This document shows, piece after piece, positions 1 to 12,560 of a stretch of DNA of 64,000 bases (positions within the stretch are counted from its first letter, which is position 1; every line of letters begins with the position of its first letter). Made by a program: the position numbers and the translations under genes. This stretch comes from Octopus vulgaris. Its lineage: Eukaryota. The stretch lies in the NCBI GenBank assembly GCA_951406725.2, contig OX597823.1:102548001-102612000 (forward strand). The letters run 5' to 3'. The notes beneath the pieces are model-generated. The model ran no database searches. It had not been told where the DNA came from and worked only from the letters and a program-made list of their open reading frames with translations.

Positions 1-125
1 CTCTCTCTCTCTCTCTCTCTCTTCATAGTAGTATGCAGACATAAATCTTCATGTAATATCTATTGGCTCAATCTAAAAGTTAATGAGGGTGATACGTAAT
101 CTCACTACAAGATGCAATTGACTGT

Positions 126-161
<36 letters not shown>

Positions 162-760
162 CCTCTCTCCCCTTCCTTCTTCCAACTCTCATAGTTTGCT
201 CCAATAATGACTAGAATGTGATTCTCAGTTACAGAAGAAAACAAAATTGCTGGAGGAGAATTGTAGTAAATTTCATATGATTTTGTTTGTGTGTGATAAA
301 AAAATATTTTTAGCACAAAAGTAAGTAATCTTTTTATTTTCCCTTTAGTCAGTGCAAGAGTGCACATGTAGCTTTGGAGAAGAGAAAGGGACATAGAGAT
401 TTGCAATAAAAATATTTTTTCCATTTTTATAATTTGACAATTTTTACCTGCAACTTCACATGCATTTATGCAGTTTTTTTGTTTTCCCCACCTCTTTCCC
501 TCCCTCTTCCTTTACTATCTTTCCCTCGTTCTCTCCTTCATCAGTTGTGCAGCTGGCTGTTCAGTAAAACTTTCAGTGTTTGCTAGAATTCATGATGATC
601 CAAATCCGTCTCTTATTTTGTATACATACATACCTACATACAAGCAATATATGTATTGTCTTTACCAGTTGCTTTACCAAATCAATTAATCTTATATTTG
701 TTACTATTGTTTTTATTTTTAAATATTCAACATCAAAAATCAATGGAAATTGTAGTTGTG

Positions 761-1072
761 ATCCCTGTGCCAGTGGCACGTAAAAAGCACCATCCGAACG
801 TGGCCGATGCCGGTGCCGCCTTGACTGGCTTTCGTGCCAGTGGCACATAAAAAGCACTAACGATTGTAGCCGTTGCCAGCCTCGCCTGGCACGTAAAAAG
901 CACCCACTACACTCACGGAGTGGTTGGCGTTAAGAAGGGCATCCAGCTGTAGAAACACTGCCAGATCAAGACTGGAGCCTGGTGCAGCCTCCTGGCTTCC
1001 CAGACCCTGGTCGAACCGTCCAACTCATGCTAGCATGGAAAACGGACTTTAAACGATGATGATGATGATGAT
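761..1072 (+). mobile_element. 5'-truncated RTE-LINE 3' end (or its SINE partner) with (GAT)n tail
   Basis: Same ...GGAGTGGTTGGCGTTAGGAAGGGCATCCAGCTGTAGAAA...CATGCTAGCATGG...(GAT)n-type block as the sequence downstream of the RTE ORF end at 57059-57970. Other copies at ~9511-9745(-), 9815-10020(+), 22084-22293(+), 24831-24986(+), 28320-28495(+), 30219-30456(-), 44601-44850(-). Confidence 0.75.
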
Positions 1073-1844
1073 TATACTGCTCTGATAAAAAGTTTGTAAA
1101 ATAGATTCTTTTTTTTTTTTTATTGTATTTTTGGAAACAAAATTTTTGCCAATAATTACATCAATTCATTGATTATTCTTATTCACTTTATTCTTTAATT
1201 ATTTGGTTACAAACAAACCTATCATATTCTTATGTATTCTTCGCTGATCTCTGTTGTTTTTATAGACTCTGTATATTTTTCTTCAGATGAAAAGGTTGTT
1301 GTTGCTCTTTTTGTTGTTATTTTATCTTTTGATTAACCCTGGTTGATCAAACTTATGACTGAAAGCATTTCAGCTGTGATCACTCCATCTTTTAGGGGCT
1401 ATCTACGATTTACATTATCAAATGTGCCCTTCTCTTTTGTTAAGATAGCAGGATGTGCTTTGAAGAAGATTTTTATTGCTTCTTCTAACTGAGCAACCAT
1501 ACAGAGCATCAAACCCCAAAACCTGTTTGCACTACTGACCAATTTCATACAAGGCAATTTTTCCACAAACTGGAGGACCATGTGCTAAACAAAACACTAT
1601 AAAGTACATTATATATAATTCAATTATTACATATCTCATACAAAAACACCTTGCAGATTGCAAAAATCAATTAAATAGGAATGGAGTTTTAAATTTTTAT
1701 TCTTTCTCTGCAACCCAGTACCAAATTATCCACAGTTCAGTTCTGGTCTCTGGCTCAGTGATTGGGGACTCTTGACATAGAGGTTTGCAGAATTACAAGT
1801 TCTCATAGCATGTAGAAATTCCTCTAAATAGTAGAAGATATTAT

Positions 1845-2107
1845 AGTTCTATATTTAAGAGATGAGGAATTATGTACATTATTTAAATTCAATGGATATT
1901 TGTCCTCATCTTGTTTGTTGTTAACATAACATTTCGGCTGATACACCCTCCAGCCTTCTTCAGGTGTCTTGGGGGAAATTTCGAACCTGGGTTCTCATTC
2001 CTAAGGTATTTTTCGATGCTATTATTATTATTGTTCAGGCATAGTGGTTAAGAGCATGGGCTCCTAACCCCAAGATTCCGAGTTCAATTTCAAGCAGTGA
2101 CCTGAAC

Positions 2108-2138
<31 letters not shown>

Positions 2139-2184
2139 GCATCGAAAAATACCTTAGGAATGAGAACCCAGGTTCAAAATTTCC
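1845..2184. mobile_element. Fold-back repeat with tRNA-like head and hammerhead-like motif (non-autonomous PLE or retrozyme-like)
   Basis: Inverted arms 1974-2039 and 2101-2184. The loop has A/B-box-like TAGTGGTTAAGAGC and GAGTTCAATT. Hammerhead-like motif on the - strand at 1923-1968. Confidence 0.6.
1923..1968 (-). ncRNA. Minimal type I hammerhead ribozyme-like motif (decayed)
   Basis: Minus strand reads GACAC-CTGAAGA-A-GGCTG(GAGGGTGTAT)CAGCC-GAAA-TGTT-ATGTT. Confidence 0.55.
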
Positions 2185-3406
2185 TCTTGCTGGAATATAG
2201 CAGCTAAATCTTCAAATCAAACCATAGCATCTTAAAAATGCGAAGATGCATTGGGCTAGAAAGACCTAGAAGCTCTTAAAAGGGCAAGAAAGCCCCAGCT
2301 TCACTCTATTGATTATAGACTTGTTCAATCACAATTGATCTAGTAGATAAACACCAGCAACTATAAAATTCACTGCATTTTTAACCTAGAGTGTATGTTT
2401 GAAATGTGACACATGACTACACCATTGCTGTTTATTTTGTATTTTCTACACTGTAGCCTTGTGGCCTGATGTTTCTTCTTAAGAAATGATATTCAATTTA
2501 ATTTTGTGTTCATTACATATCATTTCAATACCCATAGTACATCATTGCTATTAGCTTCTTCAATTGGTACATTCTCCAACCATTTTCTACACACACACAC
2601 ACACACACACACACTTGTTGATTACACTATCTACCATATGATATAATCCATTTTGTGTATGTCAATATACTTGATCTTGCTGAGAAGATTGCTTGAGGTT
2701 AAAATCTAAGTTAATGAGAATGTATGATTAGCAACTGGGCTACTGTGAGTCGAAGTCTCTTTAGATTCTCCATTCAGTTTTATACAAAATGCATTCGTCT
2801 GTGTAAGACTGAATTATACAACATGCTCTCGTGTAGTATATAATTCACTCCATCATTTCTCTAACAAAGTGACATTGGATTCTGTATATAACAGTATATT
2901 TATTAGCCATACACGTGTGTGTCTTTGTGTGTGTAATAAAAACTGACTCTTTAATGTCTCATTGTTGAATAACTTACTCCTGTTAGTCTTTATAGCAAGA
3001 TTATGTATGTTTACATGTAAAACAAAATGCATGTAAAATGTTTATTTACACAAAATGGATATCTGATACAATAGTTGACTGATGGTAGTATTGGTAAAAT
3101 GTTGAATAATGAAATACCTTTGATGTTTTGTTATGTTCTGTGATCAATTCACTTCTTAGGTCCTTCTAAGATAGATGAAATAAGTACCAATGAGTGACTC
3201 AGCTATTCTGTGAAAGGCAATGCTCCAGCATGGCAACAGTCCAATGACTAAAGCCAGTAAAGTAATAAAAGAATACCTTGTGTTATTTATAATACAATAT
3301 TCCAGTTCTTATGATTTTATGGGGTAGCAATGTACTGGTTTTAATGGAATTTCAACACACTAGGAGAAATAAAGCCCTCTAGATGTTTTTCTCCAAGTTT
3401 GTATAT

Positions 3407-3553
3407 GTAGCTTGCTTACCAACCACATAGTTCCGGGTTCAGTCCCACTGCGTGGCACCTTGGGCAAATGTCTTCTACTTTAGCCTCGGGCCGACCAAAG
3501 CCTTGTGAGTGGATTTGGTAGACAGAAACTGAAAAAAGTCCGTCATATATATG

Positions 3554-3592
<39 letters not shown>

Positions 3593-3812
3593 TTGTGTGT
3601 CTGTGTTTGTCCCCCCCGCCCCCAACATTGCTTAACAACCGATGCTGGTGTGTTTACGTCCCCGTAACTTAGTGGCTCGGCAAAAGAGACCAATAGAATA
3701 AGTACTAGGCTTACAAAGAATAAGTCCTGGGGTTAATTTGATTGACTAAAGGCGGTGCTCCAGCATGGCCACAGGCAAATGACTGAAACAAGTAAAAGAG
3801 TTAAAGAGAAAG
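3407..3812 (+). mobile_element. tRNA-derived SINE family A (5'-truncated copy)
   Basis: GGTTCAGTCCC B-box-like head, internal (TA)n(TG)n tract, tail GGCGGTGCTCCAGCATGGCC...GACTGAAACAAGTAAAAGAG. Confidence 0.85.
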
Positions 3813-5205
3813 AGAGGTAATGTTTCTTTACTTTACCATCGTTTTTCTGTCTCTAGAAAGACAATATATGTTATACAAATGGCATCATTTATTACAGATT
3901 CATTTGTCATTGATTCAGGATGACATGGCAGGCTTAATTATGAACAGTAGTATGCTTATCATGGATTGATCTGTGATAACTCTTGTTAATGATCAGTTAA
4001 AGAATGCTTGTGCTGCAAAATCTGCCCAGCAACTATCCACAATTCTCAGCTACCCAGAATGCATTGACTATCATTTGTGCTTACATAACTATGCTGCAAG
4101 GGTGTGCATTTTTATGTGCACTTGTGCTTCTCAGTATACAAGCAGTCAACAGAAAAAGTACAGAGATGCCTGATCCTAACAAACAACAGAGATGAGTGTC
4201 TTCTTCACTGGAAAAGATAGACTATCAAATAAATATGTGATGGTGGAAGCTTCATGGCTTATGGGACTAACATTTGTTCCATTTACAAAGTGTGTGCAGA
4301 GGATTCATTTATCAGGTGTTTTTTTGTTGTTTTTTTTCTTTTTTGTAGTCAAATCCACAAGGGTAGATGTATATGCAATCTTATAATTCTAGCATTACTT
4401 GGACGGATTTTTTTTTTATTTAGGTTTCTGGTGTTTTTGTTGTCCTGAAAGATCTTGATGGAGAGATCTTTCCTTTGAGATGCTTGGTTTTAGAGATGTT
4501 TCCTCTTCCTTCACATTTCAATCCTTCTATATCAAATCATTTGCCTTGAACTTCTTTAACATCCTGGTCATGTTGCTGAGGTGTATGTACTACCATGTCT
4601 CACCTGTTAATAGTAATATTGAATATAGCTGCTTCATAATGGATGAGAGTAAAGCTATTTTAGACATGGTCAGGGTAAAAAAAAGGAAGAAAAAAGTAAC
4701 TGAAATATGCCAAGAAATTAATCTCTCAGTCGGATCAGAGCAGGTAATTACAAGAAGCTAAAAGAATAAAAAATTTTATAGCAGAATAGCTTATGAAAGT
4801 ACTACCAGAAACAAGGACTATCACACTAACAACCAATACAGGCAGCTCAAGCATCATATATATATATATATATAACTGTTTTGAGAAAGAATATGATTAA
4901 TCAGAAATTCTCTCACAAAGTTAAGATTTGCACTTAGAAGTGCTCAAGAGGAACTTGAGACAAAACATAAAAATATATATAATATGAAGAAATGTAAGAG
5001 CAGTTAATTTAATCCATAAGCATGACTCTGATTTCAGTTGAATTTAAAGAACAAGTATATACATGATACATTAAAAATATATAAATACATAGACATTTTT
5101 TTATAAATCTATAAATAAATAAATATATTAAAAATATATATATATATAAGATAAAAGTTTTTTTTTTTAATTTTAGACATAAATATATTAAAACATACAT
5201 GTATA

Positions 5206-5368
5206 GGCGCAGGAGTGGCTGGGTGGTAAGTAGCTTGCTAACCAACCACATGGTTCCGGGTTCAGTCCCACTGCGTGGCATCTTGGGCAAGTGTCTTCTG
5301 CTATAGCCCCGGGCCGACCAATGCCTTGTGAGTGGATTTGGTAGACAGAAACTGAAAGAAGCCTGTCG

Positions 5369-5403
<35 letters not shown>

Positions 5404-5580
5404 TTGTGTGCTGGTGTGTTTACATCCCCGTCACTTAGTGGTTCGGCAAAAAGAGACCGATAGAATAAGTACTGGGCTTACAAAGAATAAGTCCCGGGGT
5501 CGATTTGCTCGACTAAAGGCGGTGCTCCAGCATGGCCGCAGTCAAATGACTGAAACAAGTAAAAGAAAGAAAAAAAGAAA
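5206..5580 (+). mobile_element. tRNA-derived SINE family A, near full length
   Basis: Starts GGCGCAGGAGTGGCTGGGTGGTAAG (A box) then GGTTCAGTCC (B box); collinear with copies at 3407, 43731 and 62535. Confidence 0.88.
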
Positions 5581-6517
5581 TATGTAAATATATTGAAGAA
5601 GGCCTGAAGTAGTGATGAAGGCGAAATAAAAGATACAAAGAAAAAAGAGATTTAAAAGTCAGGATAGTTGAAAATTGTTAAAATAGGGAACCAACGGCCG
5701 TTGCTAGAGGTTAATTGCTGGTAAAAATAAGAGGACATAGCACTCACTATTTAGCAATTCCCCCTTCTTCAGGTTTTACATTGGCAAGTTGACAATGACA
5801 AGTACTAGAGGGTTAGGTTTTTTTTTTATAGACAAGAGGCATGGGTGGGGGAAGAAAGAGAATGAAATATATCCCAATAAAATATTCATGACAATGAATA
5901 AAAGTTTGTCTTAAAATGGATCTTAGTTCAATTCTAATCAGGGTCACTAAAGTGTAAAAACGTTGTGTAACTTTAATGTTTCCATGAAAAAAACCCACAT
6001 CTGACAATTTGTTAAGTAGTGATAGATTATGCATTTGAATAATAATGAGTACTTCCCTTTAACATAATTTACACTTACCTAAGTTAGCGTTATATGAGGG
6101 AGCTTTGGATTCAATGGACCATTTTAGTGTATTCTTTCTGTTTTCTGATTTGAGCTTGTGGTTATACTTAGCAAGCATGGTAGCCATTTTATATTTAGGA
6201 TTTTTAAAGAATTGATATGAGTTCAATATCTACACTTAAAATCTATGGTACTACTGATGTATATTTTACGTTGTGCATCTGGTGTGGATACCTGGCATTT
6301 ATAAATAACATATCGCACACGATATCCTGCAAGAGGATAGGAATCATTCACCCAACAATTGCATCTTTTTCTTCTTTTTTGCTGTTTCATTTTTAATTGA
6401 GGTAAATTTGGAGCCAGGATATTAGTTTGTTGGCTGATAATGTTATTTAAATTATGAGTATCAGTTTCAGATTGGGCAGTCATACTGGAGCTAAAAGTTG
6501 CATGTGTTTTATTTATA

Positions 6518-6563
<46 letters not shown>

Positions 6564-6564
<1 letters not shown>

Positions 6565-6900
6565 TAGCACTATGACCCGGCGTTGCCAGGTCATAATGCT
6601 AGTGCATACATATACAGCTGCGTGTGTGCGCACATACACGCAAGTACTGTCCAAATCTCTGACCAATCACATACAGCTAGCTGGCATTTTGATTGGGTTT
6701 TGGATAGAAAATTCACAGACAAGTCACTTCTATTGATTTTTTAATGGCTTTGCGGGGTGACTGGGGAAATGTAAAGATGTGCACGACCACCCTTGGACGG
6801 TTTTGAATGACCATAAAATGTGTGAGCCCTCTAACTGAAAAATTGTGGATTTGTATAAAGGACACACACACAGACAGACATTTTGCCTTTTATATATATA
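6564..6900 (-). mobile_element. Non-autonomous Helitron-like element
   Basis: Minus strand ends in the GC-rich hairpin GACCTGGC-AAC-GCCGGGTC followed by ATAGTG-CTAG|T. Its 5' part has TATATATAAAAGGCAAAATGTCTGTCTGTGTG; inserted in (TA)n. Confidence 0.7.
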
Positions 6901-6981
6901 ACTTATAAAATAAGGGCAAAAGAAAAATTCTAATGCCTTTTGGCATTAGAATTTTTCTTTTGCCCTTATTTTATAAGTTAT
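6898..6981. repeat. Perfect 40-bp-arm palindrome with TTTT loop
   Basis: ATAACTTATAAAATAAGGGCAAAAGAAAAATTCTAATGCC-TTTT-exact reverse complement. Confidence 0.95.
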
Positions 6982-7065
6982 TTATATATTTAACCTTTAA
7001 AGGTATTTTTTTAATATGCAGGCCATTGATAAAATTTTTTTTTGAAAAAATGTTATCCTACATTA

Positions 7066-7110
<45 letters not shown>

Positions 7111-8689
7111 TGTCAAAGTATAAATAAAGTACCACTAAAACTAATAACTGTCAGTATATAACACACAAAATCTTAATAAGGACTAGATAATAGCATTGGT
7201 CCATATAGTTTCATTGATTTGCATATTAAAATTAGTGAAGACTAATGTTGCTTATTTAATAATTCAGCTGTTACAGCTGATCAAATGCTTCATTAAAAAT
7301 CATCCCACCTGTACCAGTTTTAAAGAAAAAAAGAATAAATAAATGGATATCAACAGCAAACTGAAAAGTAGTTTAGAATCTCCAGAATGTTTACCATAAC
7401 CTTTTTCTGTGACAAGTTGGTGTGGTTTAGAACTTGGTGCTAACACTTCAAAAAGTAATCTTGGGATTGGCAGAGAATGAAAATACATTTTGTGATTTTG
7501 TTAGTGTATTGGGTCTTTTTTTTTTTTTTTGCCCATTAGATTCTTTGAAAGATTTTTCAATCTGGTTTGATTGGTTGGTTAACCACCAAGTTATTAGTAA
7601 ATGGAGTCCATGATCTATTTTTCATGTCCAGTTCAAAGAACCTCATTAACTGCATGAACTAATGACTTTTGGTGTCACATCAACATCGCTATTTTCCCTT
7701 TCATCTCCACAAATCGAAAATTCTTGTCTTGCCAATAATTATGTGTGTGTGTGTGTGTGTAAACTTTGTATTATACAATAATTTTACCATTTTCCCATTG
7801 TACATGAATTTTCATTATATTTTTATTTTTTTAATGTTGTGTTATATTCTATATATTACTTACAAAACCCTCTGTAATAAAACTGAGCATTTTCCTAATT
7901 TTTATGGTATAATGTGTGTTGTTGTTTAAATCCAGGTCAGTCTTGATTGAGCAGATTGACAATCAAAAGTGTTCCAGCTTTGAGCCTCCCATCTTTTTGT
8001 ATATTTTTGACTACATTGTCTAATGTAATTCTAGATGGTAGAATATCTTATGTAAGGAAATTTAGTTGTTATTTCTAGCAGATCTAATCAATTATATATA
8101 AACTGCATGCATGTTAGATGTGGTGCCAGTTTGTTTATTGTAATGGGGTTATCCAGAAACTGTCCTGTTATTATTTGGGGTTAAAACAATGAGCTAGCTA
8201 AGTAACCCAGTTCATTAAGTTGCTCCTTATCAACCCTTGGCCTGCAAGAAATAGCAACCCTATTTTTCTCAAATCACATAGTCTAAAAAAAAAGAAGGAA
8301 GAAGACATTGACTAGTGTAGACCTACATAGACTACCATACTGTAATAAAAGATGAGATGGTTACAGTTTGAATGCTTTCATCATAGGTCAAATCAGTCAG
8401 GGCAACTAAGTCCTGAACAATAACTGCCTATTTTATGCATTGACACAAGAGGTCACCTTCATAGGAATGAAACCACAATACCATAAATTCTAACCTTGCT
8501 CCTAACTAGCAGCCAATCTACTTTTGATTTACTTTCTGCTTCAACTCAACTATCTTATGCTAGTTAATTGAGTTTCACTAGTAAAAATAGAATTTATCAT
8601 GTTTTTTGTTTTAATAGATTTTATAAGAATGTTTTCACAAATAAATGACAAGTTTCACTGAATGTTTTCTTACTTTCTCTTTGATGTAG

Positions 8690-8823
8690 GGCCACGATGG
8701 GCTTCCTGGAATCTAGGCATATTTTTATGTATCCGCTGTGCGGGTATTCATCGCAACCTTGGTGTACATATATCCAAGGTGAAGTCAGTAAACTTAGATA
8801 CTTGGACTGCAGAACAACTAGCT
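8690..8823 (+). CDS. SMAP1: SMAP1/2-like ArfGAP, internal coding exon (zinc-finger half of the ArfGAP domain)
   Basis: Translates to [45 protein letters not shown] (ArfGAP CxxC..R motif). TAG acceptor at 8687-8689, GTGAGT donor at 8824; 134 nt. The first coding exon is not seen in the window. SMAP1 versus SMAP2 is not resolvable. Confidence 0.95.
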
Positions 8824-11440
8824 GTGAGTAAATCACCATTTTTTAAAATAATCTGTTGCTTATTTCCTACATACACACTTTTTTTTTCTTTTATGAATGT
8901 TTAAGGATGTCTGATTGCTTGTGAAATATTAATGTTAATAACTGCCCTGCCCTCAGAGTGTGACCTTGTATCTAATTTAGAAAATAGTATTACTAATATT
9001 ACTATACAAAAGCATAAATGTGCCTGATTTTGTCATGCAGAACAAAGCATAACAGATGTGTTATGAACTTGTTTCTTTTTTAATTAAATAAAATACCATA
9101 AAAAAATAAAGTGTTTTTACATTTAGTGATCATGTGGGAGGTGTGGTCATACTTTTGGTAACTTTGTTCACCATTCAGAACATCCATCCTGCAACCCTAT
9201 CCAGTCTCTACACTTATTGCCTGCTCTCCCTTAACTTCCTTCCTATTCATACTAATCATCGGTCACTCCTCCACTTTTGTTCATCAGGCATTATATTCAT
9301 CCTCCTACTATCACCCTGTCTTTAACACTCCCCACATGCTTGCAACCTCTTGTTCTGTTTCCCACTCCCACTCATCTTCTTATTGTTGGTTCATCCTGAC
9401 ACTTCCGGCTTCATCTCTCTTTCTAGCTGCACCCCAATTACTCTCATCCACTCATCTATGATGCAAGTGGCTTTGTATCTCCTCGGCAGCAAGAAACCTG
9501 TTCCTGCCCTCATCATCATCATCATCATCATCATACGTCTGCTTTCCATGCTAGCATGGGTTGGACGATTTGACTGAGGTTTGGCGAACCAGATGACTGC
9601 ACCAGGCTCCAATCTTGATCTGGCAGAGTTTCTACAGCTGGATGCCCTTCCTAATGCCAACCACTCCGAGAGTGTAGTGGGTGCTTTTATGTGCCACCGG
9701 CATGGAGGCCAGTCTTTTTACACATGCCACCGGCACAGGTGCCAACTTCTCATCAACTAGCATAAAACTACTTCCTCTCAACTGTACTCCCACTCAAAGG
9801 GGTTCTTCTCTTTCAAGTTATATGGCAACCTTGCTAGCATTGGTGCCACAAAAAAGTACATAGCACATTCTGTAAAGTGGTTGATGTTAGGGAGGGCATC
9901 CAACCATAGAAACCTGGCCAAAGCAGCAAATATTTGAGCATGACCCAATCCTCCAACACATCCAACCCTATTGAACCAATCCAATCCAATCCATGTCAGC
10001 ATAGAAGATAGATGATGATGGCGACTATTATTATTTCCCGTCAATTTCTATGTCACTGTTGATGATAGATGATTCTGAAGTACTTTCATGTTGGAAATAG
10101 TTTTGGGCAATGGCACTCTATTATGAGGAAAATATTGTTGGTTACATACATGTAAGTTGAGAAACCAATAAAATATCAATTTACTCTTTGTTGTTAACCA
10201 ACTGGCCCTAACTTTTACTTTTCTCTTTACTCTCATTTAAAATACATACTCATATCTCTGCACCATCAAGCATCCTTTACTCTGCTACTCAGTCCTGGCC
10301 CCACTTATTCCTACTCACTTTGTACCTTGAAGATCCACCCTGGCACCCCATCACAATTTTTATCGCTTTCCAGTTCCATCTGATCACTCCCACCCTCTCT
10401 GTGACTAGTCATGCAGCTCCTCTACAGTGCAAAGCATGTTCTGCTCTGGCCCTTTTCTGTCATGCTTTACCCCTCACTATTCTTCATCTCTGAACATAAA
10501 GTTGCTCTCTTGGGGTTTGTAGTCTTACCAGCTGCATGACGACCTCTCTAGCACTAGTAGCACAAAAAAAGCACCCAATACATGCTGTAAAGTGTTTGGC
10601 TTTAGGAAAAGCATCAGCCATAGAAATGATGCCAAAGCTGGCATTATAGTATGATGCACTCCTTGTCAAACATGGATGCTAAGTGATGTTTTATTATTCT
10701 TTATTTACACAGATAAAGACATTAAGAAGCAAATTCATAATTGGTTGTGTAGTTTAAGGAGTTACATCAGTTAGTACCTGTTGACCATTACATTGATCTT
10801 CATACCATGTTTTTAAATAAACCAGTTTACAATTGCTATCTTAGTCAAAGTAATTGTAATAAAACTTGATTTTGTTCATGTGTTATTATTGAGAAGTTAA
10901 GGACACCCAGCTATAAACACATAAACAATCCTAAATCACTCATCTCAGATTGACATAGAAATCAATGGGAACAGGAAATGAAAATGATAATGTTTTTGCC
11001 TTTATTTGGTATTTTATTTTTATAAAGAAACAAGTTCGTAACATGTCTTTTGTTTTCTTATGTGCATCAATATCAGGCTCATGTATATATTTGGAATAAT
11101 AATCTTGCTAACAATTGTTTCTAATACAGGCTCAAGGCCTGAAATTTGATGGAGAGGGTTAGTCATTATCATCTACCCCAGAACTTGACTGATGTTTCAT
11201 TTTATTGACCTTAAAAAGGATGAAGGGCAAAGTTGATTGCAGCAGGATTTGAGGTCAGCATATAGAGAGTTGAGAAAAATGCTGCTGTGCAGTTTATCCA
11301 ACATGCTAAGGATATTACCAGCTTTCCACCTTAACACCAGGTCACACATTGGGAATGGCTTAGTTACAGTATTCCCCAGTATTTTGACTGGTATTTTATT
11401 GTATTGACCTTAGAAGGGTAAAATGCAAAGTTGACTTTAA

Positions 11441-12560
11441 CCCTTTCGTTACCAAACCGCCCAAAGCCGCCTGAAAAAAATTTTGGTTAATGTGACCAAA
11501 CCGACCAAACCCGCCCGAATTTACCTATTCATATTTAAATGAGAATATCAGAGCAAATCTCTTTAGTACATTTCTTTAGTACATTCGTGAAAACACGTGA
11601 TTATGCTTCGTAAACAGTTCATCTACAGTTTTGTACAAAGATCGACGTGTAATTTTAATTCCCTGAATTTTGGGAGATTTTTTTCCACATTTTTTTCGGC
11701 ATCGATTTTTCTTCAACTTTGAAAATAGATAGGAGTTTCATGTTATCAAGCATTGATTCCAAATTGGAAAATTTGTGAAACAAATACTGGGTACTGTTGT
11801 GGATTTAGTTTTTATACAGGGAAACTAATGTTAGTCAGCATGGCTTAGGGTATGATGTGGTCTGGAAGTTATTGTTTGAAGCGATCAATGCGGAAACAAA
11901 CTTACGCAGAATGTAAACAAACACAAAATGGGGGTTCAAATTTCGGAAAATTTGTGAAGCAAATACTGGGTACTGCGTGGATTTAGTTTTTATACAGGGA
12001 AAATAATGTTAGTCAGCATGGCCTAGGGAACGATGTGGTCTGGAATTTATCACTTCCATACCATAACCAGGGCCGTATATTATTTTTTGACCGATTTCTT
12101 TAGTTCGGTCAAACTTACGGTGGATTCCAATATTTCATTTTATTCCACCTTTATGGTACACCTGTTGTGCAGTAAATTCAACTGATGATATAGTGATGTG
12201 CACAATTCTTCTTTATCAAAATTTTGTTGCATACCCATTTGAATATTAGCTGATGATTCATTTTCTATGGTGATGTTTAAACAAAATTTTAATATTTTTA
12301 CCTTTTGCTCATTTAAAAATTTTAATATTTTTACCTTTTGCTCGATTTACCTGTAATTAAAGTCACTTTGAGACAAAAGTTATGCAATAGAATTGATTAA
12401 GAACCCTTTCTTTAATTATGTTCCAAATATCACATTAATATGTTGATAAGTAAAAAAGTTACAGTTATTTAATGAAATAAGCCTAGATTCATGATTATTT
12501 TAGAATTTAATTGAAACTCATGAGGGATGTATTTTGGTCAGAAATATAGTGACAAAAGGG
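11441..12560. mobile_element. Non-autonomous piggyBac-like DNA transposon
   Basis: TTAA at 11437-11440 and 12561-12564; termini CCCTTTCGTTAC and GTGACAAAAGGG; internal ~105-bp direct duplication (~11766-11870 and ~11945-12048); interrupts a decayed family B SINE. Confidence 0.8.

Noticed and set aside
5206-5280. tRNA genes at SINE heads
   Set aside because: A/B boxes are present, but there is no complete cloverleaf and each head runs into a repeated SINE body.
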